From assembly GCA_019244185.1 (NCBI GenBank), contig JAFATB010000022.1, positions 256,001 through 320,000 on the forward strand: 64,000 nt of DNA, written 5' to 3'. Below the pieces are notes generated by a model, which saw only the letters and a program-made list of their open reading frames with translations, did not search any database and was not told the origin of the DNA. The DNA is from Acidobacteriota bacterium. GTDB taxonomy: Bacteria; Acidobacteriota; Thermoanaerobaculia; Gp7-AA8. Shown here piece after piece: positions 54,788-63,735 of this stretch. Made by a program: the position numbers and the translations under genes. Each line of letters starts with the position of its first letter. The stretch's first letter is position 1.

Positions 54788-55615
54788 ATGTCCCTGAAGA
54801 AGTACGTTACTTTACTTTCTGCGCTGTCTCTCACGCTCGCCGTCGCCTGCGGCGGCGGCAAGGAAGTCGTCGACGAAAAGGAGCTCGGCACCGACGATCA
54901 GGCCGCGCAGACCGCGGCAGCCGACAACACCGGCGGCACCGCCGCGGCCGCGACCGCGGCTGCTGCGCCGGTATCCGCCGACGCCGCGACGATCGGCGGC
55001 GTCGTGAAGTTCGAAGGCGCCGCGCCGAAGATGGCCGCGATCCAGATGGGCGCCGATCCCTACTGCGCGTCGCAGCACACGTCGGCGGTCAACGACGAAG
55101 AGGTGATGGTCGGCCCGGGCGGCGAGCTCGCGAACGTCATCGTCTACGTCAAGAACGCGCCGACGGGCGTGGCCGTGCCGTCGACGCCGGTCGTCCTCGA
55201 TCAGAAGGGCTGCCAGTATCACCCGCACGTCTCCGCGATCATGGCCGGCCAGCCGCTCGAGATCCGCAACGACGACGCCACGCTGCACAACGTCCACGCG
55301 ATGCCGGAGACGAACTCGCCCTTCAACGAAGGACAGCCGGTGCAGGGCATGACCTCGACCAAGAAATTCGACAAGGTCGAGATGAAGCCGTTCCGCATCA
55401 AGTGCGACGTGCACGGCTGGATGAAGTCGTGGATGGTCGTGCTTCCGCATCCGTTCCATTCGGTCTCGCAGCCGAACGGCACGTTCTCGATCGCCAACCT
55501 CCCGCCGGGCAACTACACGCTCGTCGCGTGGCACGAGAAGTACGGCCAGCAGGAGCAGCAGGTCACGGTCGGTCCGAAAGAGACGAAGCAGATCACCTTC
55601 ACGTTCAAGGGATAG
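54788..55615 (+). CDS. Lipoprotein with cupredoxin-like core (carboxypeptidase-regulatory-like family)
   Basis: Lipobox LAVAC; Ala/Thr linker; 'LDQKGCQYHPHV', 'LHNVH', 'KCDVHGWM', 'AWHEKYG'. Confidence 0.8.
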   Translation: MSLKKYVTLLSALSLTLAVACGGGKEVVDEKELGTDDQAAQTAAADNTGGTAAAATAAAAPVSADAATIGGVVKFEGAAPKMAAIQMGADPYCASQHTSAVNDEEVMVGPGGELANVIVYVKNAPTGVAVPSTPVVLDQKGCQYHPHVSAIMAGQPLEIRNDDATLHNVHAMPETNSPFNEGQPVQGMTSTKKFDKVEMKPFRIKCDVHGWMKSWMVVLPHPFHSVSQPNGTFSIANLPPGNYTLVAWHEKYGQQEQQVTVGPKETKQITFTFKG

Positions 55616-55669
55616 TCAGAAAGGGCCGCAATGCCGCCGAAACGACAGATCCGGGTTGGCAACCAATGG

Positions 55670-57535
55670 ATGTATGCGCGTGATGCGCGCCGCGCGCTCG
55701 AGGAGGCCATCCGCGTCTCCGAGTCCGAGGCCAAGGCGCACGAGCATCACGTCCCGTTCATCCGGAAGTACGTCTTCTCGACCGATCACAAGTGGATCGG
55801 CATTCAGTACGCCATCACGGCGCTGACGTTCCTCCTGCTCGGCTTCTCGCTGATGCTGCTGATGCGCTGGCAGCTCGCGTTTCCCGGCAAGCCGTTCCCC
55901 GCTCTGATCGCGAAGTTCCTCGGCTCCTCGAACGCGCCCGGCGGCGTCATGCTCCCCGAGTTCTACAACCAGCTCGGCGCGATGCACGGCACGATCATGG
56001 TCTTCCTCGCCATCGTGCCGCTGGCCGTCGGCGCGTTCGGCAACTACGTGGTGCCGCTGCAGATCGGCGCGCCCGACATGGCCTTCCCGAAGCTCAACAT
56101 GATGAGCTACTGGCTCTATCTGCCGGGCGGCCTGCTGATGATGTCGGGCTTCTTCATCCCCGGCGGCGCGGCGAACTCCGGCTGGACGTCGTATCCACCG
56201 CTCTCGATCATCGCCACGAACGGGCAGACGATCTGGATCCTCGGCATGGTGCTGTTGATCACGTCGTCGCTCCTCGGCTCGATCAACTTCATCGTCACGA
56301 TCTTCCAGCTGCGCGCGAAGGGACTCACCTTCATGCGCCTGCCGTTCTTCGTCTGGGCGCAGCTGATCACCTCGTTCCTGCTGCTGCTCGCGTTCCCGCC
56401 GCTGGAAGCCGCGGCGATCCTGCAGCTGATGGACCGCGTCGCCGGCACGAGCTTCTTCCTCCCGTCGGGACTGGTGATCAGCGGCACGCCGCTGCACAAC
56501 GCCGGCGGCGGCAATCCGCTGCTGTGGCAGCACCTCTTCTGGTTCCTCGCGCATCCCGAGGTGTACGTGCTCATTCTTCCGGGCATGGGCATCATCTCGG
56601 AGGTCATCGCCAACAACACGCGCAAGCCGCTGTGGGGCTACAAGTCGCTCGTCGGCGCGGGCGTGTTCCTCGGCTTCATGTCGTTCGTGGTGTGGGCGCA
56701 CCACATGTTCCTCACCGGCATGGGGACGGCCATCAGCGCCTTCTTCCAGACGACCACGATGATCATCTCGATCCCGTCGGTCATCATCCTGACGGCGCTC
56801 ATCATCTCGTTATGGGGCGCATCGATCCGCTTCACCGTGCCGATGCTCTTCGCGCTCGCGTTCCTGCCGATGTTCGGCATCGGCGGCCTCACGGGACTGC
56901 CGCTCGGACTGGCGGCCTCGGACATCCACTTACACGACACCTACTACGTTATCGGCCACTTCCACTACGTCGTCGCGCCGGGGACCATCTTCGCGATGTT
57001 CGCCGGCATCTACTACTGGTTCCCGAAGGCGACCGGCCGGCAGATGAACGAGTTCTGGGGGAAGGTGCACTTCTGGCTCTCACTGGTCTGCATCAACTGC
57101 ATCTTCATGCCGATGTTCTATCAGGGACTGGCGGGCGTCTCGCGTCGTCTGTATGACGGCGGCGCGCAGTACATGCACGCGAAGCCGGTCATCCACACGA
57201 ACGTCTTCATCTCCAGCGCGGCGTGGCTGCTGCTCGTCGCGCAGTTCCCATTCATCATCAACTTCTTCTACAGCATCTTCAAAGGACGCCGCGTCGAGGC
57301 GAACCACTGGCACGCCACGACGCTGGAGTGGTCGGCCGCGAGCGCGCCGCCGCTCGCGCACGGCAACTTCGCGGTGCTGCCGGTCGTCTATCGCGGACCG
57401 TACGAGTACAGCGTTCCCGACCACGAGGGCGACGACTATCTGCCGCAGAACGTGCCGGAAGACCAGCCGGGCGCGCCAGTGCCGGCCGGCGGCGGTGCGC
57501 TGCACGGCACCGCCGTCGCGCAGAAGGAGAGCTGA
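55670..57535 (+). CDS. ctaD: Heme-copper oxidase subunit I (A family)
   Basis: TDHKWIG, MHG, DMAFPKLN, HPEVY, WAHHMF, GHFHY, SRR. Confidence 0.95.
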   Translation: MYARDARRALEEAIRVSESEAKAHEHHVPFIRKYVFSTDHKWIGIQYAITALTFLLLGFSLMLLMRWQLAFPGKPFPALIAKFLGSSNAPGGVMLPEFYNQLGAMHGTIMVFLAIVPLAVGAFGNYVVPLQIGAPDMAFPKLNMMSYWLYLPGGLLMMSGFFIPGGAANSGWTSYPPLSIIATNGQTIWILGMVLLITSSLLGSINFIVTIFQLRAKGLTFMRLPFFVWAQLITSFLLLLAFPPLEAAAILQLMDRVAGTSFFLPSGLVISGTPLHNAGGGNPLLWQHLFWFLAHPEVYVLILPGMGIISEVIANNTRKPLWGYKSLVGAGVFLGFMSFVVWAHHMFLTGMGTAISAFFQTTTMIISIPSVIILTALIISLWGASIRFTVPMLFALAFLPMFGIGGLTGLPLGLAASDIHLHDTYYVIGHFHYVVAPGTIFAMFAGIYYWFPKATGRQMNEFWGKVHFWLSLVCINCIFMPMFYQGLAGVSRRLYDGGAQYMHAKPVIHTNVFISSAAWLLLVAQFPFIINFFYSIFKGRRVEANHWHATTLEWSAASAPPLAHGNFAVLPVVYRGPYEYSVPDHEGDDYLPQNVPEDQPGAPVPAGGGALHGTAVAQKES

Positions 57536-57538
57536 CGA

Positions 57539-58201
57539 ATGACCACGACCACGCTCACGCATCCCGTGCCCGTCGATGACGGTCACGGCCACGGCGGCGG
57601 CCATCACGAGATCGAGATCCCATACACGCTGCACCCGCGTCCCGACACCGGGATGTACAACGGCAAGCTCGGGATCTGGCTCTTCCTCGCGTCGGAAGTC
57701 ATGCTCTTCGGCGCGCTCTTCTCGACGCTGATTCTCCTGCGCACCAGCGCGCCGTCGTGGCCGCACGGCTGGCAGGAGCTGAACATCCCGCTGGCGACGC
57801 TCAACACGTTCATCCTCATCGGCTCGTCGGTGACGGTCGTCCTCGCGTGGGCGAACCTCCGGCTCGGCGATCTGCGGAAGGGAAAGATCTTCCTCAGCAT
57901 CACGCTGCTCTGCGGCCTCGGCTTCATGGTCATCAAGAGCATCGAGTACGCGACGAAGTTCCGGCATCACCACTTCCCGTCGACGAACAACTTCTTCGCC
58001 ACCTACTTCGTCATGACCGGCCTGCACGGACTGCACGTCCTCGGCGGCATGATCGTCTTCGGGTATCTCATCGGTCCCGGCGCGAAGCTGTGGGAGACGA
58101 ACCGCGACCAGTACACGAACCGCGTCGAGGTGACGGGCCTCTACTGGCACTTCGTCGACCTCGTCTGGATCTTCCTCTTCCCGATTCTGTATCTCTTGTA
58201 G
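57539..58201 (+). CDS. ctaE: Heme-copper oxidase subunit III
   Basis: GIWLFLASEVMLFG, TGLHGLHV, GLYWHFVDLVW. Confidence 0.95.
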   Translation: MTTTTLTHPVPVDDGHGHGGGHHEIEIPYTLHPRPDTGMYNGKLGIWLFLASEVMLFGALFSTLILLRTSAPSWPHGWQELNIPLATLNTFILIGSSVTVVLAWANLRLGDLRKGKIFLSITLLCGLGFMVIKSIEYATKFRHHHFPSTNNFFATYFVMTGLHGLHVLGGMIVFGYLIGPGAKLWETNRDQYTNRVEVTGLYWHFVDLVWIFLFPILYLL

Positions 58202-58216
58202 GAGAGCGAGCGGCGC

Positions 58217-58645
58217 ATGAACGAACACGCGGTGGAACACGCCATCGAAGAGGCGCACGAGCACTTCGGTCACGACAACAGCCCCGAGGCGATTCGGAAG
58301 GAGATCCGGAGATACCTGATCGTCTTCGCGGCGCTCGGCGCACTGACCATCGTCACGGTCGCCATCAGCCTGCTGCATCTGCCGACGCATCTGGCGATCC
58401 TGCTCGCGCTCACGGTGGCGGTGGTGAAGGGCTCGCTCGTCGCGGCGTTCTTCATGCATCTCATCTCCGAACGCAAGCTCATTTACGCGGTGTTGCTGCT
58501 GACGGTCTTCTTCTTCGGCATGCTGCTGTGGGGACCGTGGCACCAGCGATACAACGCGCAGAAAGTCTGGAAGGGCTACGACCTCAACGCCAGCCAGCCG
58601 GCGCCGGCCGCCCCGATCGAAAACAGCGGTCATTCAGGACACTGA
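58217..58645 (+). CDS. ctaF: Cytochrome c oxidase subunit IV family protein
   Basis: 'YLIVFAALGALTIVTV...KGSLVAAFFMHL'. Confidence 0.85.
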   Translation: MNEHAVEHAIEEAHEHFGHDNSPEAIRKEIRRYLIVFAALGALTIVTVAISLLHLPTHLAILLALTVAVVKGSLVAAFFMHLISERKLIYAVLLLTVFFFGMLLWGPWHQRYNAQKVWKGYDLNASQPAPAAPIENSGHSGH

Positions 58646-58654
58646 ACTTCTTCC

Positions 58655-58855
58655 ATGTCGCTCCGCGCCTTCCACATCGTCTTCATCGTCGTCTCGGTGA
58701 TGCTGTCTTTGTACGTCGGCGTGTGGGGCGTGAGGCAGTACCGCATCGAGGGGACGACGGGCGCGCTCGCGTTCGGCGTGATCTTTCTCCTCGCGGCGGT
58801 GGCGCTGGTGATCTACGGCATGAACGTCGTGCGGAAATTCAGGGAGCTCCCATGA
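58655..58855 (+). CDS. Small 2-TM membrane protein
   Basis: 'MSLRAFHIVFI', two hydrophobic helices, stop overlaps next ATG. Confidence 0.7.
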   Translation: MSLRAFHIVFIVVSVMLSLYVGVWGVRQYRIEGTTGALAFGVIFLLAAVALVIYGMNVVRKFRELP

Positions 58856-59112
58856 GAGTCGCAGCGGGCATTCTCCTCGTGCTCCTCATGCTTTTCGTGG
58901 CCCAGGCCGCGAGCGCGTGCCCCGCGTGCTACGGCGCGCCGGGTGATCCGATGGTCAAGGGCGTGAACAACGGCATCTGGGTGTTGCTCGGCCTCGTCGG
59001 ATTCGTGCAGGTCGGGTTCGTCGCTTTGTTCTGGAGCTTCTGGCGCCGCGCGCGCGCGAACAAGCGCTTCCGCGAGCAGTTTCACATCGTCGAAAGGACA
59101 CCGCAGCTATGA
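58852..59112 (+). CDS. Small membrane protein with exported CxxC
   Basis: ATGA overlaps on both sides; signal-like N-terminus ending 'ASA-CPAC', one further TM. Confidence 0.72.
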   Translation: MRVAAGILLVLLMLFVAQAASACPACYGAPGDPMVKGVNNGIWVLLGLVGFVQVGFVALFWSFWRRARANKRFREQFHIVERTPQL

Positions 59113-59888
59113 GAGATTTCGTCGGCGACTTTCTTCGCGAGGCGATGCCGCCGGACTATTCGCTGCACGGCCCCGAGCTCGACCGGCTCAGCATCTACGT
59201 GCACTGGCTGATGCTGATCCTCTTCGTCGGCTGGGGCATCCTCTTCGTCTACATGCTCGTGCGCTTCCGCGCGTCGAAGCATCCGAAAGCCGTCTACCAC
59301 GGCACGAAGTCGCACATCTCGAAGTACGCGGAGATCGGCGTCTTCGTCATCGAGTGCCTGCTGCTCTTCGGCATCTCCATTCCGGCGTGGTCGCGCTGGA
59401 CGACGCGTCCCGACAATGACAAGAACGCGCTGGAAATTCGGGTGGTGGGGGAGCAGTTTGCGTGGAACATCCACTATCCCGGAGCCGATCACATCTTCGG
59501 GAAGACCAACGTCAAGTACGTCACCAGCAACAACCCGCTCGGCCTCGATCCGACCGATCCCAACGCCAAGGACGACATCGCCACGATCAACCAGCTTCAC
59601 CTCGAGCTGAACCGCGCGGTGCTCATCCGCCTCACCTCTAAGGACGTCATCCACGACTTCTTCCTGCCCTACATGCGCGTGAAACAGGACGCCATCCCGG
59701 GGATGGAGATTCCGGTACACTTCACGCCCACCCACACCAGTGGGACGGAGACCTGGGACATCGCCTGCGCGCAGCTTTGCGGTCTCGGCCACTTCCGCAT
59801 GCGCGGCCAGTACCACGTGGAGACGAAGCAGGAGTTCGACAAGTGGATGGCCACGCAGACGCCGGCGGTCGCGAGCATCTCCGAATGA
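59109..59888 (+). CDS. ctaC: Cytochrome c oxidase subunit II (CuA)
   Basis: 2 TMs, QFAWNIHY, DVIHDF, CAQLCGLGHFRM. Confidence 0.94.
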   Translation: MRDFVGDFLREAMPPDYSLHGPELDRLSIYVHWLMLILFVGWGILFVYMLVRFRASKHPKAVYHGTKSHISKYAEIGVFVIECLLLFGISIPAWSRWTTRPDNDKNALEIRVVGEQFAWNIHYPGADHIFGKTNVKYVTSNNPLGLDPTDPNAKDDIATINQLHLELNRAVLIRLTSKDVIHDFFLPYMRVKQDAIPGMEIPVHFTPTHTSGTETWDIACAQLCGLGHFRMRGQYHVETKQEFDKWMATQTPAVASISE

Positions 59889-59895
59889 AGATCTG

Positions 59896-60885
59896 ATGAA
59901 GGTAGCCACCGAACCCAGCGAATTGCGCATTCTCCACGCCCAGGAGGCGACGCCGCTCTGGCTGCGCCGCTTCACCAAGCTCGTCGCCGGATCGACGCTC
60001 TTCCTGATCTTCGCCGGCGCGATGGTGACGTCCACCGGCTCCGGCCTCGCCGTGCCCGACTGGCCGCTCTCCTACGGCCGCCTCATGCCGCCGATGGTGG
60101 GCGGCATCTTCTACGAGCACGGCCACCGCATGATCGCGGCGACGGTCGGCTTCCTCGTCGTCATCCAGGCGCTCTGGCTGCAGCGCCGCGAGCCGAAGCG
60201 TTTCGTGCGCATCCTCGGCTGGTGCTCGCTCGGCGCCGTCTGCGCGCAGGGCGCGCTCGGCGGCATCACCGTCCTGCTGCTGCTCCCGAAATCGGTCTCG
60301 GTCTCGCACGCGGGCCTCGCCGAGATCTTCTTCTGTCTCAACGTCTCCATCGCCTTCTTCACGTCGAACTGGTATCGCTCGCTGCAGGAGTTCGAGAAGG
60401 GCGACGCGCCGGTGGCGATGGCCACGACGCTGACCGTGCTCGTCTATCTGCAGATCCTCGCCGGCGCAGTGATGCGCCACCTCGGCGCGGGCCTCGCGAT
60501 CCCTGATTTCCCGCGCTCGTTCGGGCGCTGGATTCCGGCGTTCACGTCGAAGGAGATCGTCGCCGCGTTCGTGCATCGCGCGGGCGCCGGCATCGTCGCG
60601 CTGGCCGTGATCGCGATGGCGATCCGCCTCCTGCGCTACGACCGCAATCATCCGCTCCGCTTTCTCGGCTCGTTGCTGCTCGTCGTGGTCGCCGCGCAGA
60701 TCTCGCTCGGCGGCTATGTGATCTGGTCGGGCAAGCAGCCGCACATCACCAGCCTGCACGTCGCGCTCGGCGCGTCGACGCTCGCGCTTTCGCTCGTGCT
60801 CACGCTCTCCGCGCGCACGCTGGCGTGGAAAAAAGCGCGCGCGCAGCGAGCCGGTGCGTTCCTCGCTAGCGAGGTGGCGGTATGA
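59896..60885 (+). CDS. ctaA: Heme A synthase (CtaA/COX15)
   Basis: GAMVTSTGSGLAVPDWP, EHGHR, second-half HRAGA and LHVA. Confidence 0.88.
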   Translation: MKVATEPSELRILHAQEATPLWLRRFTKLVAGSTLFLIFAGAMVTSTGSGLAVPDWPLSYGRLMPPMVGGIFYEHGHRMIAATVGFLVVIQALWLQRREPKRFVRILGWCSLGAVCAQGALGGITVLLLLPKSVSVSHAGLAEIFFCLNVSIAFFTSNWYRSLQEFEKGDAPVAMATTLTVLVYLQILAGAVMRHLGAGLAIPDFPRSFGRWIPAFTSKEIVAAFVHRAGAGIVALAVIAMAIRLLRYDRNHPLRFLGSLLLVVVAAQISLGGYVIWSGKQPHITSLHVALGASTLALSLVLTLSARTLAWKKARAQRAGAFLASEVAV

Positions 60886-61772
60886 GCGTCGTCATCGAAA
60901 CCGCGCGTCCGTCGTTCGCGTCGGTGACGCGCGACTACCTCGAGCTCTCGAAGTCGCGCATCGTATTGATGGTGCTGATCACCACCGCCGCCGGCTACTT
61001 CTTCGCCGCGCCGCACGTCGATCCTCTGCTCTTCCTGCACGCGCTCATCGGCACCGCGCTCGTCGCCGCCGGCACGAACGCGCTGAATCAGTTCGTCGAG
61101 CGCGAGCACGACGCGAAGATGCTCCGCACGCGCACGCGGCCCCTTCCTGCGGGCCGCATCACGCCGCGCGCGGCACTCGTCTTCTCCGCCGCCATCGCCG
61201 TCGCCGGCACGCTCTACCTCGGCGTGGCAGTCAACTGGTTGACTGCTTTGCTCGGCGTGGTCACGCTGGCCAGCTACATCTTCGTCTACACGCCGCTCAA
61301 GCGCGTGTCGACGATCTGCACGCTCGTCGGCGCGATTCCGGGTGCGATTCCGCCGCTCATGGGCTGGACCGCCGCGACGAATCAGCTCGCCGTCGGCGGC
61401 TGGATCCTCTTCGGCATCCTCTTCCTCTGGCAGCTCCCGCACTTCATGGCCATCAGCTGGATGTACCGCGACGACTACGCGCGCGGCGGCTTCGCCATGC
61501 TGTCGGTGCGCGACGGCGACGGCACCGCCGTGGCCGGCCAGGCCATCTACTACTCGCTCGGCCTTCTCGGCGTGTCCGTGCTCCCGACGCTCTACGGCCT
61601 CGCCGGCCCGTTCTATCTCGCCGGCGCGGTCGCCGCCGGCAGCGCGCTGCTCGTCGCCGCGATCCGCTTCTTCTTTCACCGCGGCGCGCGCAACGCGCGC
61701 AAGCTGTTCATGCTCTCGAACCTCTATCTTCTGACCGTGATGGTCCTCCTCGTCCTCGATGCGCGCCGCTAA
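60882..61772 (+). CDS. ctaB: Protoheme IX farnesyltransferase
   Basis: NQFVEREHDAKMLRTRTRPLP, YTPLKR, GAIPPLMGW, WQLPHF, DDYARGG. Confidence 0.95.
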   Translation: MSVVIETARPSFASVTRDYLELSKSRIVLMVLITTAAGYFFAAPHVDPLLFLHALIGTALVAAGTNALNQFVEREHDAKMLRTRTRPLPAGRITPRAALVFSAAIAVAGTLYLGVAVNWLTALLGVVTLASYIFVYTPLKRVSTICTLVGAIPGAIPPLMGWTAATNQLAVGGWILFGILFLWQLPHFMAISWMYRDDYARGGFAMLSVRDGDGTAVAGQAIYYSLGLLGVSVLPTLYGLAGPFYLAGAVAAGSALLVAAIRFFFHRGARNARKLFMLSNLYLLTVMVLLVLDARR

Positions 61773-62319
61773 GTTCGCGTTGTTCGTTCTGCTCGCCGTC
61801 TCCTGCGCGCGCCGCTCCGATCTGCCGCGCCTCTTTCCCGTGCCGGACGCGAAGTTCGTCGACGACACCGGCAAGCCGCTCGCCCTCGCGTCGCTCAAGG
61901 GCAACGTCGTCGTCTACGACTTCATCTTCACGAGCTGCACGGGCGTCTGCCCGATCATGTCGAACAACATGAAGCAGGTCGTGGCGAAGGTCGCGAAAGA
62001 CGCGCCAGTGCGCTTCGTCTCGATCAGCGTCGATCCGCAGCGCGACACGCCGAAGCTGCTCTCCGACTACGCGCTGCGCTTCCGCAACGATGCGCGCTGG
62101 ACGTTCCTCACCGGCGACCGCACCGAGATCGTGCGCGCGGCGGTGCAGGGCTTCAAGCTCGCCGCGGGCGATCCGACGCCGGGCGGTGAGGCGCTGCTGC
62201 ACAGCTCGAAGTTCGCGGTCGCGGACAAAGAGGGGATGATCCGCGCGTACTTTGACGCCTCGAACGGCGAGGCGATCGATCAGGTCGCGAACGCCGTGGC
62301 CGAGCTCGCGGAAGAATGA
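61759..62319 (+). CDS. SCO1/SenC copper chaperone lipoprotein
   Basis: FIFTSCTGVCP, SISVDPQRDTP, LHS; lipobox LAVSC. Confidence 0.92.
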   Translation: MRAAKFALFVLLAVSCARRSDLPRLFPVPDAKFVDDTGKPLALASLKGNVVVYDFIFTSCTGVCPIMSNNMKQVVAKVAKDAPVRFVSISVDPQRDTPKLLSDYALRFRNDARWTFLTGDRTEIVRAAVQGFKLAAGDPTPGGEALLHSSKFAVADKEGMIRAYFDASNGEAIDQVANAVAELAEE

Positions 62320-62338
62320 CGCGTATCATGGCGCGCGC

Positions 62339-62770
62339 ATGGCGCCGTCGCAGTTCTTCCCCCCGCTCAATGCGTCGCTGAATGCGCTGAGCGGCGTCTT
62401 TCTCCTCATCGGCTACGTCCTCATCAAGCGCCGCAACATCGCCTGGCATCGCCGCTTCATGCTCGCCGCGTGCTGCACGTCGCTCGCGTTTCTCGCGTGC
62501 TACGTCACGTACCACACGCTGCGCGGCGGCGTGGTGACGCGCTTCGCCGGCACGGGTGCGATCCGCACGTTCTATCTGACGATGCTGACCACGCACACGA
62601 TCCTGGCGGTCGTCATCGTGCCGCTGGCGATCATCAGCGTCACGAACGGGCTGAAGATGCGCGTGGCGCGGCACCGTGCCGTGGCGCGCTGGACGTTCCC
62701 GCTGTGGATGTACGTCTCGGTGACGGGCGTGCTGGTCTACTTCTTCCTCTATCATTGGTACCCGTCATGA
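62339..62770 (+). CDS. DUF420 (CtaM/YozB-like) membrane protein
   Basis: 'LNASLN', 'HRRFML', 'HTILA', 'ARWTFPLWMYVSVTGVLVY'. Confidence 0.88.
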   Translation: MAPSQFFPPLNASLNALSGVFLLIGYVLIKRRNIAWHRRFMLAACCTSLAFLACYVTYHTLRGGVVTRFAGTGAIRTFYLTMLTTHTILAVVIVPLAIISVTNGLKMRVARHRAVARWTFPLWMYVSVTGVLVYFFLYHWYPS

Positions 62771-63735
62771 AGCGAGCGTTCCTGCTGTCGCTGCTCGTGC
62801 TTTCCACCTCCGCGCTGCGTGCGGCGCCGCTGCAACACGCCAGCGCCTTCCAGCTGCACAACGGCTTCTGGGTGAACCTCAACGATGCGCTCTACAACGA
62901 GGCGCATGGTTCCGACTCCAGCGGCGAGCCGAAGATCGTGCCGCTCGAGCCGCGGCTCACGGGCGCCGAGCAGGTGGTGTGGCACGAGGCGGTCGACGCG
63001 TACCGCCGCACGATCGGGAAGATGGAGTTCGTCCGCGACGACGAGCTCAATCAGGTCCTCGACGAGCTCGCGAAGGTCGACGCCGGCGCGCCGCTCGCGT
63101 CGGCGAAGCTGCGGCCGCTCGTCATCGCCGCGTTGCGCGACGCCGCGCCGATCTATCGCAAACGCGAGTGGCCGGCCACGCGCCGCCTCAACGACGCGAT
63201 CATCGCCGCCGCGCGCAAGCGCATGCCCGCGTACGAGGCGAAACTGTTCCACCGCCTCGACGCGCTCTATCGCGAGCCGCTGCACCGCCCCGCGCGCATC
63301 GACGTCGTGAAGTACGCGATGTGGGCCGGCGCGTACACGCGCATCGAAGACGACGGCACGCCGGCGACGATCTTCGCCTCGAGCAATGAGGCGCAGCGCG
63401 GCATGCATCAGGTCGAGATCTTTTTCCACGAGGCGTCGCACTCGGTGATCTTTCCGCGCGGCGGCGTGGTGATGAACGCGATCAACGGGCAGTGCAAGAC
63501 CTCGCGCGACTTCTGGCACGTGCTGCTCTTCTACACCGTCGGCACGGCCACGACGGAACTGGCCGGATCGAACTACATGCCCACCGCCGACGGCTACGGC
63601 CTCTACAAGATCCCCGGCTGGGACCGCGCGCACGACGTGCTCGAACGCGAATGGCAGCCGTACATCGCCGGAAAGCGTTCGTTCGAGGACGCCGTCGCCG
63701 GAATCTGCCGCTCGTACGGAGGAAGCAAGCCTTGA
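62767..63735 (+). CDS. Secreted hypothetical protein with HExxH motif
   Basis: Signal peptide, 'FWVNLNDALY', 'WAGAYT', 'EIFFHEASH', 'WHVLLFYT'. Confidence 0.7.
   Translation: MKRAFLLSLLVLSTSALRAAPLQHASAFQLHNGFWVNLNDALYNEAHGSDSSGEPKIVPLEPRLTGAEQVVWHEAVDAYRRTIGKMEFVRDDELNQVLDELAKVDAGAPLASAKLRPLVIAALRDAAPIYRKREWPATRRLNDAIIAAARKRMPAYEAKLFHRLDALYREPLHRPARIDVVKYAMWAGAYTRIEDDGTPATIFASSNEAQRGMHQVEIFFHEASHSVIFPRGGVVMNAINGQCKTSRDFWHVLLFYTVGTATTELAGSNYMPTADGYGLYKIPGWDRAHDVLEREWQPYIAGKRSFEDAVAGICRSYGGSKP

Noticed and set aside
48831-55615. Alternative complex III (Act)
   Set aside because: No molybdopterin-like ActB or NrfD-like ActC; Rieske and cytochrome b motifs show a Rieske/cyt b complex
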